A stretch of DNA of 64,000 nucleotides from Fibrobacteria bacterium (GTDB lineage Bacteria > Fibrobacterota > Fibrobacteria > UBA11236 > JADFYW01), in the NCBI GenBank assembly GCA_050294405.1, contig JBNKOC010000012.1, positions 480,001-544,000 of the forward strand, read 5' to 3'. Each line of letters opens with the position of its first letter. The first letter of the stretch is position 1. The position numbers and the translations under genes were made by a program. The notes under the pieces were generated by a model. The model saw only the letters and a list, made by a program, of their open reading frames with translations. It made no database searches and had not been told where the DNA came from. Shown here piece after piece: positions 49,305 through 59,293 of this stretch.

Positions 49305-50276
49305 ATGATACTTATTACCGGAGCTGCTGGATTTATCGGGTGTAACATTGCCCGAAAATTTAATGAACTTGGAGAAACAGATTTATTGTTGACCGACAGT
49401 CTGGGTACTGGTTCCAAATGGAAAAACCTGGTGGATTTGCGTTACTCCGACTACATGGAAAAAGAATATTTGCTGGATTATCTGGAAAAAGACAATAACA
49501 TTAAACTAAAAGCCATTTTTCATCTTGGGGCCTGCTCATCCACCACGGAACAAGATGCCAGTTATTTGGTGGATAACAATTACGAATACACTAAAGAATT
49601 GGCCAAGTGGGCTGTGAACCGTAAAATTCCCTTTATCTATGCTTCCTCTGCGGCTACCTATGGAGATGGCAGTTTAGGATATAACGACAACGAACAGGAA
49701 ATACATAAGCTGCGGCCTTTGAATATGTATGGCTATTCCAAACAAATGTTTGATTTGTGGGCCCTAAAGCACAATCTTTTTAATAAGATTCACGGAATTA
49801 AATACTTTAATGTATACGGCCCATACGAATTCCACAAAGGCCCCATGCGCAGCATGGTGTTAAAGGCCTATGAGCAGATTAAGGCCACGGGTATGGTAAA
49901 ACTTTTCAAATCGGATCATCCCGATTACAAAGACGGCGAACAAATGAGAGACTTTATATACATCGAAGATGCAGTGGAAATGACCATTAGCTTTTTTATG
50001 CTTCGCACAGCGCCTCCTGGCATCTACAATGTGGGCACCGGAAAAGCCCGCAGTTGGAATGACATGATGGTGGCGCTTTTCAAAAGCCTTAATTTGCCTG
50101 TGCGCATCGAATACATCGATATGCCCCAGGAATTAAAAAAGAAATACCAGTATTTTACCGAAGCCAACATGCAAAAATTAACCCGTGGCGGTTTTGGCAA
50201 ATATATCAGTACTTTAGAAGAAGGTGTGGAAAAATACGCCGCTTTTCTGGAATCCAGGGCCGGGGAGTTTATTTAG
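49305..50276 (+). CDS. hldD: ADP-L-glycero-D-manno-heptose 6-epimerase
   Basis: ITGAAGFIG, HLGACSSTTE, YASSAATYG, PLNMYGYSK, YFNVYGP.E.HKG.M, YQYFTEA. Confidence 0.95.
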   Translation: MILITGAAGFIGCNIARKFNELGETDLLLTDSLGTGSKWKNLVDLRYSDYMEKEYLLDYLEKDNNIKLKAIFHLGACSSTTEQDASYLVDNNYEYTKELAKWAVNRKIPFIYASSAATYGDGSLGYNDNEQEIHKLRPLNMYGYSKQMFDLWALKHNLFNKIHGIKYFNVYGPYEFHKGPMRSMVLKAYEQIKATGMVKLFKSDHPDYKDGEQMRDFIYIEDAVEMTISFFMLRTAPPGIYNVGTGKARSWNDMMVALFKSLNLPVRIEYIDMPQELKKKYQYFTEANMQKLTRGGFGKYISTLEEGVEKYAAFLESRAGEFI

Positions 50277-50751
50277 CCCCGCAGCTTTTGCAAAGCCCCT
50301 TAAATTCCAGCCGGTGTTCGGTTATTTTAAAACCCGTTTTAGCCTGAATTTTAATTAAAAAATCCTGGGGCAAACATTGATGTAAATGAATAATTTCATC
50401 GCAATTTTGACAGGATATATGGTGGTGATGGTGGTGGTCGGAGCGTTCCTTAATGGCGTAATGGCTGACTTTTGTGCCCGGCAATTGAAACTCTTCCACA
50501 ACATCAATTTCTTTTAAAGCTTCCAATATTCTATATACGGTGCTTTCGTGATGAAGCCCCTTTTTTTGAACGCATAAATGCAGGGAGTTTAAAGACCAGC
50601 TTTTTTTTTCTTCCAGAAGCTTTTCCAAAACCAGTTTTCTGTTGGATGTCCATTTTAAACCCTCTTCCCGCATTTTGTTTTTAATCCACAACAGCTCTTT
50701 TTTCGCCTGAGAAGAAAGGCTGGCTTGCTGGGCGTTATTTTCGGATAACAT
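50269..50751 (-). CDS. Fur family regulator, Zur-like (His-rich, two CxxC)
   Basis: STVYR, DHHHHHHISCQNC, GLCKSC. ATG 50751 overlaps the ZIP gene end (ORF track start 50820). Confidence 0.85.
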   Translation of the reverse strand: MLSENNAQQASLSSQAKKELLWIKNKMREEGLKWTSNRKLVLEKLLEEKKSWSLNSLHLCVQKKGLHHESTVYRILEALKEIDVVEEFQLPGTKVSHYAIKERSDHHHHHHISCQNCDEIIHLHQCLPQDFLIKIQAKTGFKITEHRLEFKGLCKSCGAK

Positions 50752-51502
50752 GTTTATTTTCCCCGTGGTGATGGGTATGAGCGTCCAAATGGTAAAATCC
50801 GAAAATAAGGGAAAGTCCAAGGGGGATGAATAGCCAGCCGGATTTTATGGGTTTGTGTCGCAACATTTTATTTAATCTGGGAAGGGTGCCCGAAATAGCC
50901 ACAAACAATAACATGCCGGTGGAAAAGCCTAAAAGCGGGTCTATCCAACTTTCAAAATGCACGTCAAAATTTTGAATACCAAAAAAGGCCGCTGGACTCA
51001 TGGCTAAATACAAAAGGGCTAAAGCCCATTTTTGCCAGGGTACCAGAGTAGAAGAATAAACTATGCGGGCCACCATAAAAGAAACCGTTAGTTTGTGGGC
51101 ATACATCCCCAAGGCGATGTGGGAGTACCAACTGGGGTCCAGAAGCCCCATAAAAAAACCATCGTTAGTGGAGCAAACCACCATGGAAATTAAGGAAAGC
51201 AGGCCGAACTCCAGATTGTCCCCACCGCTTTGACAACATACATCGTGTTTATGGGTTTTGCGGTTTAAAAGCCACATAAACAAAAGCCCCAGAGCAAACA
51301 TGAAAAAGGTGAATTTGCTACCTAAAAAAACGTGGGGAACCAATACTGAAAAAATGTATCCCAATAATATTCCCGAAAAGATGAGGTAAAAAGCGTCCTG
51401 CACGCTTTGCCGATTTAAGGACTTTATCCAATAGGGGCTTAGTCCTAAGGCAAAACCCAGAAGTCCAAAGCCCAATATTCCACTGCCCAATGTCAAATTC
51501 AT
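50735..51502 (-). CDS. ZIP family divalent metal transporter
   Basis: Multi-TM; SGILLG..LVPH, His/Cys loop HKHDVCC, STNDG, AHK, GMLLFVA..LP; C-terminal HTHHH. Confidence 0.75.
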   Translation of the reverse strand: MNLTLGSGILGFGLLGFALGLSPYWIKSLNRQSVQDAFYLIFSGILLGYIFSVLVPHVFLGSKFTFFMFALGLLFMWLLNRKTHKHDVCCQSGGDNLEFGLLSLISMVVCSTNDGFFMGLLDPSWYSHIALGMYAHKLTVSFMVARIVYSSTLVPWQKWALALLYLAMSPAAFFGIQNFDVHFESWIDPLLGFSTGMLLFVAISGTLPRLNKMLRHKPIKSGWLFIPLGLSLIFGFYHLDAHTHHHGENKHVIRK

Positions 51503-51543
51503 GGAAAATCAATTTATTTGTTTAATTTCTAAATGCAAGTCAC

Positions 51544-52587
51544 TTGCATTTAGAAATATTTATTTTTGAGGCCATGGAAAGCTTTTTTAATGCTTACTGG
51601 ATGTTTTTGGGAAACCCTCTTTCTCATTTAAAGGGGTTTTTTGTGGAAATTATCCCCTTTTCTGTGGTGGAACCCCTGGTTTGGCTGGGTATTATCTGTT
51701 GCTGGATTGCCTTTTGGGAAACCCGGCGCTTTTTTAAAACTTCCAAAATTAACCGCAAGGGAAAGTTGCTTTTGTGGTGGCTGCTAGGCCCCTTTCTTTT
51801 GTTTTTACTGGCCTCGGGACAAAAAGCCATTCCCGGAAGTCCCGCTCCAACAGCTTTAAGACCGGCCCTTTGGAATCTGGTGAAAAGGCCGACTCTTGAA
51901 AAAGCAGATTTAGAGGCAAAAATCAAAATTTGGGAAGACAACTTGGCTGCTCTGTTTGATTCCAGCTCTTATGCCTCATTGCCTCTTGAAAAGATAATGG
52001 GGGACTGCAATCAGTTGATGGATTCAACTCTAATCAAAATGGGATACCCTTCTGGAAGAGAGGTGAAAAAAATTAAAAACATGTGGGGGATAACCCGGAT
52101 TATGGGGCTTAGCTATGGCGGGCCTGCTTTTCACGATCCCCTCACGGGTGAAATAGCCTGGGTTTCTCAGAAGGAATACCCCACTCCCAAAAGTTGGCGC
52201 ATCAAAGCGGCTTGCCATGAAATGGCCCATGCCAAAGGCTTTACCCGGGAAATGGACGCGGAAATTTTAACGGCTCTGGCTTTTTTATCAAGCTCCCAAA
52301 GTCTTTACCATTCTTTGGGTTACCTAATGCTTCTCGTAAAAAGCGGCGAGAAGTTTGAACTTCCCCAATATTTAAAACGGGAAGTTGTGAACATGGCCGA
52401 ACAGAGAAAAAAAGTAAGAGAAAAACAATGGCTGGTAAGGACACTTACTTTTATTAATAAAAAAATTGGACTGCAAAATTCGGGTGAAAAATATGGGGAA
52501 GTGGACAAACATAAAAAATGGAATCCGCAGCATCCTTTTTTTTCCAGTGTAATTGCCTATGGCCAAAAATGGAAAGTAAATTTGTAA
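51544..52587 (+). CDS. DUF3810-like membrane zinc metallopeptidase
   Basis: IPFSVVE, PLTGE, CHEMAH..GF.RE.DAE (HExxH). Confidence 0.7.
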   Translation: MHLEIFIFEAMESFFNAYWMFLGNPLSHLKGFFVEIIPFSVVEPLVWLGIICCWIAFWETRRFFKTSKINRKGKLLLWWLLGPFLLFLLASGQKAIPGSPAPTALRPALWNLVKRPTLEKADLEAKIKIWEDNLAALFDSSSYASLPLEKIMGDCNQLMDSTLIKMGYPSGREVKKIKNMWGITRIMGLSYGGPAFHDPLTGEIAWVSQKEYPTPKSWRIKAACHEMAHAKGFTREMDAEILTALAFLSSSQSLYHSLGYLMLLVKSGEKFELPQYLKREVVNMAEQRKKVREKQWLVRTLTFINKKIGLQNSGEKYGEVDKHKKWNPQHPFFSSVIAYGQKWKVNL

Positions 52588-53012
52588 CCGTGGCGAAATT
52601 TTTGGAAAACTCCGGGGACGAACCCAATGAAAAGCAGATGGAGCAGCTAAAATGGCTGGAGTCCCACAGTGTTCCAAATAAAGATAAAAATCGGGTACCC
52701 TCTGCCATACCCGGTCAAAAAAAAGAGAAAAAGCCTCTGCCTAAAAAATGGCATGCTGAGTTGGAAGTGGATGAGCAAATTGACCTTCACGGCTGCACCA
52801 TTGACGAGGCCCTGGCCCTGGCGGATGGTTTTTTAAATATGTGCAAGCGCAATGGGGCCAGGTCAGCCAGAATCATTCACGGTCACGGTAGAAAAAGCCC
52901 TGAATCTATCGCCTGGCAGCTCAAGCGAAAATTGAGTACGGAATGGAAGCACCGCTTTGAGTCTGTGCGGGCGGAGCCCTATAATTCCGGGGCCTTGATT
53001 CTGCGCTTTTAA
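52569..53012 (+). CDS. Smr domain protein
   Basis: IDLHGCTIDEA, IIHGHG, SGAL; start uncertain (52518/52569/52590). Confidence 0.85.
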   Translation: MESKFVTVAKFLENSGDEPNEKQMEQLKWLESHSVPNKDKNRVPSAIPGQKKEKKPLPKKWHAELEVDEQIDLHGCTIDEALALADGFLNMCKRNGARSARIIHGHGRKSPESIAWQLKRKLSTEWKHRFESVRAEPYNSGALILRF

Positions 53013-53077
53013 AAGGGATTTTTTGGCATATTTTTACTAAATTAGCCTCGTCTTTAAAACAAATTACGGGAAACAAG

Positions 53078-54451
53078 ATGGAATTTAAAAAGCAGATTTT
53101 ATGTATTGGAGCCGGATATGTTGGCGGCCCAACCATGGCTATGATTGCCGCAAAATGCCCCGACTACAAGGTGACTGTGGTGGACATCAACCAGGCACGC
53201 ATTGACGCCTGGAATTCAGACGATTTGCCCATTTACGAGCCTGGGCTTTTGGAAGTGGTTCAATCTGCCCGCGGGAAGAATTTGTTTTTTAGCACCGAAG
53301 TGGATAAAGGAATTAAAGAATCGGACATCATTTTTGTTGCAGTCCATACACCCACCAAATCCTTTGGGCATGGCGCGGGCCAGGCGGCAGACTTGCAATA
53401 TTGGGAAAAAACAGCCCATCAAATTGTGGCCAACTCTGAAAGCGATAAAATTATTATTGAAAAATCCACTTTGCCTGTGCGCACCGCTGAAGCTATGGAA
53501 CGCATATTAATGTCCAACGAAAAGGGCGTGCACTTCGATGTTATTTCCAACCCAGAATTTTTAGCTGAGGGTACAGCTGTTGCCGACTTGGAAGATCCAG
53601 ACAGGGTTTTGATTGGCTCCCGGGAAACCCCTCGTGGTTTAAAAGCCCGGCAGGATGTGGTGGATGTATACGCCAACTGGGTTCCCAAAGAAAAAATTAT
53701 TGAATCCAATGTGTGGAGCGCCGAGCTTTCCAAACTCATCGCCAACGCCTTTTTGGCCCAGAGAATTTCTTCTATCAACTCTGTTTCGGCTTTATGTGAA
53801 AAAACAGAAGCCGATGTTAAAGAAGTGGCCTATGCCATCGGTAAGGATACTCGTATTGGGGCTAAATTTTTAAATGCCTCTGTGGGTTTTGGCGGTTCCT
53901 GTTTTAAGAAAGATATTTTGAATCTGGTATATATTTGCCGTTCTTATGGCTTAGCCGAAGTGGCCGATTATTGGGAATCGGTAGTTAAGATTAACGAATG
54001 GCAGGAAAAACGCTTTGTGCATACCATGATAAGCAATATGTTTAACACCGTGGCCGGCAAAAAAATCGCCGTTCTGGGTTTTGCGTTTAAAGCGGATACT
54101 GGCGACACCCGTGAATCTCCAGCGATTTTGGTATGTAAAGAGCTTATTGAAGAAAGAGCCAATGTGGTTATATCCGACCCCAAAGCCATTAAAAATGCCA
54201 AGTTGGACTTGGCGGGCTTGGATGGCGTCAGTTATGAAGCGGATCCCTACAAAGCGGCACAAGGCGCTCATGCTATTGCTATTTTAACGGAATGGAAAGA
54301 GTATAAAACATTGGATTACAGCAAAATTTTTGCTGCAGCGCAAAAACCAGCCTTCTTGTTTGATGGCCGAAACATATTAAACCACCGGGAATTGTTTGAT
54401 ATAGGTTTTAATGTTTTCCCCATTGGAAAACCGGCCTTAAAACATTTCTAG
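53078..54451 (+). CDS. ugd: UDP-glucose 6-dehydrogenase
   Basis: GAGYVGGPT, EKSTLPV, SNPEFLAEG, GFGGSCFKKD, FAFKADTGDTRES, FDGRN. Confidence 0.95.
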   Translation: MEFKKQILCIGAGYVGGPTMAMIAAKCPDYKVTVVDINQARIDAWNSDDLPIYEPGLLEVVQSARGKNLFFSTEVDKGIKESDIIFVAVHTPTKSFGHGAGQAADLQYWEKTAHQIVANSESDKIIIEKSTLPVRTAEAMERILMSNEKGVHFDVISNPEFLAEGTAVADLEDPDRVLIGSRETPRGLKARQDVVDVYANWVPKEKIIESNVWSAELSKLIANAFLAQRISSINSVSALCEKTEADVKEVAYAIGKDTRIGAKFLNASVGFGGSCFKKDILNLVYICRSYGLAEVADYWESVVKINEWQEKRFVHTMISNMFNTVAGKKIAVLGFAFKADTGDTRESPAILVCKELIEERANVVISDPKAIKNAKLDLAGLDGVSYEADPYKAAQGAHAIAILTEWKEYKTLDYSKIFAAAQKPAFLFDGRNILNHRELFDIGFNVFPIGKPALKHF

Positions 54452-54508
54452 ATCGAATATGTCCTATGCTTGATTGGCCTATCTTTGTGAATGTTAGCCA
54501 ATCAGCCT

Positions 54509-55288
54509 TTAAAACCAATCATAATTAAATTTGGATTTTTCTTTTTCATCCAAAGGTTCCAGTAATTCTTCAGAATTATTGTCGCCCTTGTTTATAGCTG
54601 GACTTATAGGTATGGCATACAATTCTTCCGCCGGAGTTTCTGTAAGAAGTTCAGCAAGGTTTGCTGGATTTTTTTCCCGGGGATCTATCCAATGTTCCGC
54701 AGTTTTAAAGTCTCTAAACATTATTGGACTTCTTTCATAGGGAAGTTTTTCCAGTAATTCATTGGAGCCACCTGTAATGAGGTTACAGGAGTTGAAAATC
54801 TTTCCCTCATCATCTACTCTATAATCCCAAATAGCGGCAAAGAAAAAGGGCTCATCATTTTTAAACCGAATGTAATGAGGTATTTTGTCTTTGGTTTTAT
54901 CTCGAATGTCATCATCCGGCCATTCCACAAATCCAGAGGCTGGAATAAGAGCCCGCTGGTTTTTCAGCAACTTTGTCCAATAGGGTTTTTTACTTAACAA
55001 AGTTTCTTTTTTCGTATTAAAATGGGTTTTAAATTTTGTCCCCCTGGGGAAAGCAAATGATTTTGAACCATCGGCCCGGTCTTTAAATATTATCTCTGAA
55101 AATGGATATATCAGCCACCAATGAAACATGCGCCATTCTTTTTCTCCGGGTTGCCGAGATATAATTGTGGGAACATAACTTGTGGGCTTAATGTTATAAG
55201 AAGGCTTTGGCCAATCTTCCAGGTTAGGAACACCAAAAGCTTGCACCATGTTTTTTAAAGAAGAGGTTCTGGAAAAAGTTCCGCTCAT
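54509..55288 (-). CDS. SRAP/YedK (SOS response-associated peptidase) family protein, Ser2 variant
   Basis: YNIKPT, RALIPASGFVEW, FFFAAIWD, LIT; N-terminus MSGTF at ATG 55288 (canonical MCGRF). Confidence 0.85.
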   Translation of the reverse strand: MSGTFSRTSSLKNMVQAFGVPNLEDWPKPSYNIKPTSYVPTIISRQPGEKEWRMFHWWLIYPFSEIIFKDRADGSKSFAFPRGTKFKTHFNTKKETLLSKKPYWTKLLKNQRALIPASGFVEWPDDDIRDKTKDKIPHYIRFKNDEPFFFAAIWDYRVDDEGKIFNSCNLITGGSNELLEKLPYERSPIMFRDFKTAEHWIDPREKNPANLAELLTETPAEELYAIPISPAINKGDNNSEELLEPLDEKEKSKFNYDWF

Positions 55289-55432
55289 ATTAAAAGTATA
55301 GAATTTTTGCAAATTTCTAAGAAGTTTGATTTTGCCTTTGTTTTATTTAATCCTATAAAAACTCAAATTGTTCAAAATCAGGCGAGCTTTCTCAAATTTG
55401 ATGGTTATGCGGGGGATTTTTAAATTCCTAGC

Positions 55433-55861
55433 ATGCAACTATGGGTTGGAAAAATAAAGCTGCTGGCAGGCTTAATTATCAGCCTTAGCTTTACGGTCAA
55501 TGTATCTGTTATTTCTGTTTACGAAGTTTTTAATTTAGCTCACAGCCATAGCCAGCAAGAACCCGCTAAGCTTGTAAAATGTATGCATCACCAGAAAGGT
55601 TGCCCCAAAAGCTGCATATGTCCCAAACTAATGGAAGATGAGGAGCATAAACATCCTTATTACCAAAATTTCAGGAAACAAGTTTCCTATAGCTCCTGTG
55701 AAAATCATCCTGCACAATCCGAATTGCTATCCTTTCCCCATGTAATTGATGGCCAATTAAGTATTCAATTTCGCCCTTGTGCCGCAAGGTTTGAAATATG
55801 GGAAAATGCAGCCGTTCCCATATACATAAGCAAAACGCCCTTTAAAGTTCCCATAGTTTAA
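55433..55861 (+). CDS. Cys/His-rich exported small protein (DUF2946/CutF-like architecture)
   Basis: N-terminal hydrophobic helix, CMHH..CPKSCIC, SC, Pro-rich C-terminus PFKVP. Confidence 0.55.
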   Translation: MQLWVGKIKLLAGLIISLSFTVNVSVISVYEVFNLAHSHSQQEPAKLVKCMHHQKGCPKSCICPKLMEDEEHKHPYYQNFRKQVSYSSCENHPAQSELLSFPHVIDGQLSIQFRPCAARFEIWENAAVPIYISKTPFKVPIV

Positions 55862-56004
55862 ATTGCTAGGGCCTTTCGGTCCATAATGGCCTGTCCTAAA
55901 ATCAAGGACCTTAAACTTACATATAAACCGCATTTAAACGCTAGCGTCGCTAAATAGCGTATTTATTCGACGCTTTAAACCAATTGAATTTTAAAGGAGA
56001 AATA

Positions 56005-56469
56005 ATGATTTCAAAACTTTTATCAGTCTGCCTTACTCCAATTAGCTTTTTATTATGCCTGGTGTTTTTATCTTCCTGTTTATTCGGGGGACATGATCAC
56101 GGTGACCACGACCATCACGAAAGCACTCATAGCGAATCGGGCGCACAAATATTTTCCGACAACGGAGATTTTTCGGTTATCATAAGTTACGATAACCGGC
56201 CCATCATTTCCGGAGAAAATAGTATTGAATTAACATTAAAAAATAGCCAGGCAGAAAAGCTGGCACTTGCCACCATAAGCGCATCAACCTGGATGCCTAT
56301 GCATAACCACGGAAGTTCTCCTGACCCCGTTGTAGAAGATTTGGGTAATGGAGAATATTCCATAAGCAGAATAAATTTTACTATGGATGGACGGTGGAAG
56401 TTGATTCTTAATATTGAGGTAGGTGATTTATCCGATGTTATAACCATACCTTTTACTGTGGAACCTTAA
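56005..56469 (+). CDS. His-rich lipoprotein with YtkA/FixH-like Ig domain
   Basis: RBS AAGGAG, lipobox FLSSC, HDHGDHDHH, WMPMHNHGS, G.Y....FTM.G.W. Confidence 0.8.
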   Translation: MISKLLSVCLTPISFLLCLVFLSSCLFGGHDHGDHDHHESTHSESGAQIFSDNGDFSVIISYDNRPIISGENSIELTLKNSQAEKLALATISASTWMPMHNHGSSPDPVVEDLGNGEYSISRINFTMDGRWKLILNIEVGDLSDVITIPFTVEP

Positions 56470-56471
56470 GC

Positions 56472-57437
56472 GTGAATAGATTTAAAATAGCCTTTGCGCT
56501 TATGGCTGGTTTGTTTTTTAGCTGCCCTAATGTTTTAGATGCGCAGTCTTGTTGTGTGGCGACTGGTAATTACAACTTAAATTCCGTGGGTAGGTGCCAA
56601 AAAGGAGTTTTGGCAAGTAAACTGGAATATGGCCATTCTATGGGAAGTTTCGATTCAGATGGAACTTTTCAATGGGATAATCGCGCCTCCCAATCCAGCT
56701 GGACCCAATACATTGGCGCTGGCTATGCTTTTTTATATCCCCACTTGGAAATGGGATTTAATATACCTGTGGTTTTAAGTCAAAACCGGAAAATTTCTGA
56801 AGAAGATCATTACAGTTATATGTTAAAGGGAGATATAAACTTAAGCGCAAATTTAATTGTATTAAATGATCTTATGACCGGAATTTTTTCTTTAAACGGG
56901 GAGAGCTGGAAGCCATTTATGAGCCTAAATGTGGGAGTGAAAATTCCCACTGGAATTTCCAGCCAATCCTCTCAAAACTGGAGCCAATCAGATGTTACCA
57001 GTAACGGCTACTTTCAGCTCAACACATCCCTTTTAGTGAGTAAATTTGTCACTCCAAAATGGGTTGTAGGATTAAATGCTAATTATAGCTTGGTTAAAGA
57101 AAAAACCATAGCGATTAGCTCCCGCCCCAATAAGATTAATCCCGGGGATATTTTTGGGGGAAGCCTTTCCCTAAGCTACATAAAAAACCTTTGGTGGTCT
57201 TTTTATGGATTTGCTTCCTTAAGCAAATCCACGGAAAATAAAATTAATGGGAGTTCAGAGCCGAATTCAGATAATTTCTCCAGTCTTTTTGGGTTATCCA
57301 TCACCAGAAGCGTGGTGGTTCCCTTTTGGCAACTTCAATTGGGAGTAGAAACAAACCCTTGGTTTGATGGCTTTGGGAAAAACAAAAGCTTTTCTGGCTA
57401 TAAAACTAACATAACATTGCGGAGAAATTTTATATAA
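56472..57437 (+). CDS. Putative outer-membrane beta-barrel transporter (SphA/MetA-pathway-like) with an N-terminal CC motif
   Basis: Signal peptide ending DAQ-SCC; amphipathic strands; GD, GVKIPTG, NPGD; aromatic residue near the C-terminus. Confidence 0.6.
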   Translation: MNRFKIAFALMAGLFFSCPNVLDAQSCCVATGNYNLNSVGRCQKGVLASKLEYGHSMGSFDSDGTFQWDNRASQSSWTQYIGAGYAFLYPHLEMGFNIPVVLSQNRKISEEDHYSYMLKGDINLSANLIVLNDLMTGIFSLNGESWKPFMSLNVGVKIPTGISSQSSQNWSQSDVTSNGYFQLNTSLLVSKFVTPKWVVGLNANYSLVKEKTIAISSRPNKINPGDIFGGSLSLSYIKNLWWSFYGFASLSKSTENKINGSSEPNSDNFSSLFGLSITRSVVVPFWQLQLGVETNPWFDGFGKNKSFSGYKTNITLRRNFI

Positions 57438-57465
57438 AAAAAGGAACCCACAATATGTGGGTTCC
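57436..57465 (-). terminator. Intrinsic terminator between convergent genes
   Basis: A7 followed by GGAACCCACA-ata-TGTGGGTTCC. Confidence 0.8.
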
Positions 57466-57487
57466 AAATTAAAAAGTTAGGAAATAA

Positions 57488-58741
57488 CTAATGGGTTACA
57501 TTAATAGCCTGGGAAATGTTTCCACTCTTAACAATATAATTTCCAGCTTTTAAAACCTGGTTTATAGTTTCTTTAATCCCTGAATTGCCTGCATTAAACG
57601 AAGCAATTTCTCTCCCCTGTAAATCAAATATTTTCAATCCATTTTCATTATTCATTAAGGCATCAATGTTGATTTTTTGTTTTCTCATTGTGGAAATGGG
57701 GCCATCACCAAGTAAGTCAGGATAGTCATTTGGTGGTTCTGGGTTATCTGCCACATAGTCCATTAGCCAGGTCATAGCAGGCCTTGGTGTGCCATTATCC
57801 TGGATTAGCCCTGAATTGCTGACCCAGGTTTGACCCATAACATATCCCCAAATGGTAATACCTGCAATTTTGGGATGGTTCCAAAACATGGTCATTTTAT
57901 CTTCCATTTTAGAACGTTGTGATTCATCATTGCCATCCGGAATATCAAATTCAGTTATAAACATGGGCAAACCGGTTTCACTGGTTATCCTATCAATGTT
58001 GCTTTTCAAGGTACTGGTATTTACTCTATGGGCATCGTGTGCCTGGGCGCCAATGGCATCAATGGGGGCACCCTCATTAATTAGAGTTTTTACCATATCG
58101 ATGACCCAGTTTAATTCGTTGTTCCATTCGATAATATTAAAATCATTGTAAATAAGAATGGCATCGGGCCAGCGCTCTCTCGCCATTTCAAAGGCTTTAA
58201 TAATCCAATCGTGACCGGAGCTTCCGTTACCCCCTAGTGCGTCATCAAAGGGAGGAACAGCGTGATTGGGATGGGCTTCGTTAACCACGTCAATCATAGG
58301 TATGTGATCGTAGCGTTCTTTGGCCAAATCAAACCATTCTTCAATTTCTTCCAATTGTTCCTGTTGGGATAAACTCGTCATCCAGTTTGGATATTGGCTC
58401 CCCCAAATCAAGGTGTGGAATTTCCATGGAATACCTTCGGCTTCTGCAAAATCCCGAATAGCATCTCCTCCGCGCCAACTCATTTGATCTCGGGAGCGTT
58501 CTACAGAGCCCCATTTGTGCTCATTTTCTCCGGTAATTTGATTCCAATAATCCATATAATCACTTCGGACCTGGCCTCGAGAAGTAATATTGCCCAAAAA
58601 TTTGCTGGAATTTTCTGCTGGCTGAGATTGCACAAATTCAGTTGTCAACATAGCCATAAATACCGACGCAGCGGAATAGATGGGCTTGTTGATTCGAAAT
58701 AACTTATTGAACAAAGAATTTAACTTATGAATTGGATTCAT
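57488..58741 (-). CDS. GH10 endo-1,4-beta-xylanase with a C-terminal sorting tail
   Basis: NQITGENEHKW, FHTLIWGSQ, DVVNE (acid/base), YNDFN, GAQAH, ITEFDI (nucleophile); tail IFDLQGR..GNYIVK. Confidence 0.92.
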   Translation of the reverse strand: MNPIHKLNSLFNKLFRINKPIYSAASVFMAMLTTEFVQSQPAENSSKFLGNITSRGQVRSDYMDYWNQITGENEHKWGSVERSRDQMSWRGGDAIRDFAEAEGIPWKFHTLIWGSQYPNWMTSLSQQEQLEEIEEWFDLAKERYDHIPMIDVVNEAHPNHAVPPFDDALGGNGSSGHDWIIKAFEMARERWPDAILIYNDFNIIEWNNELNWVIDMVKTLINEGAPIDAIGAQAHDAHRVNTSTLKSNIDRITSETGLPMFITEFDIPDGNDESQRSKMEDKMTMFWNHPKIAGITIWGYVMGQTWVSNSGLIQDNGTPRPAMTWLMDYVADNPEPPNDYPDLLGDGPISTMRKQKINIDALMNNENGLKIFDLQGREIASFNAGNSGIKETINQVLKAGNYIVKSGNISQAINVTH

Positions 58742-58792
58742 TTGACCCCCGGTATTTATTATGTCCCCACAATTAATTTACCCCATTTTTTA

Positions 58793-59293
58793 AGATACGC
58801 TTACAAATTTTTACCTGGGAGAAATACAAAATGGCTCATTGTCAAAATAGGATGACATTTTTTAAAGCCTTAGATCACATGAGGTTTGGGCTTTTTTAGC
58901 TCGAAGCAAATAGTCTGGGGTGAAAAAAGAATTTTTGCCTTAAAATGATGAAAAAAGAACAAAGTAGGAATGAAAAATTCCAAACTGGAATAGGGTTCAG
59001 ATGCAAAAATTGCCGTGTGCTCCAAGCCTCCTTTTTACGGTTTTGTCTAAAGATTTAGTTTACCGCGGTATTTGTGGACCTATTTGCTCCATATTTCCGG
59101 TTTTCAAAAAAAATTAGGCTTTTCATACTCCTATTTTATACATGAAAATCCTCCAAAAAGGCATCATGGCTAAATATTCTTTTCGCACTAAACTCTGTTT
59201 TTTTAGGCGATGAAATCATGTCTCGGGATGGGTAAAAAAGGACCTTGTAAACGCTTTAAATTACCTGGTGCATTGCTTGTAAAGCGGTCACAA
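58793..59293. promoter_or_regulatory. Three LacI/cre-like operator candidates in the divergent GH10-GH8 intergenic region
   Basis: AGATACGCTTACAA (58793), TTGTAAACGCTTTAAA (59245), TTGTAAAGCGGTCACAA (59277). Confidence 0.4.
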
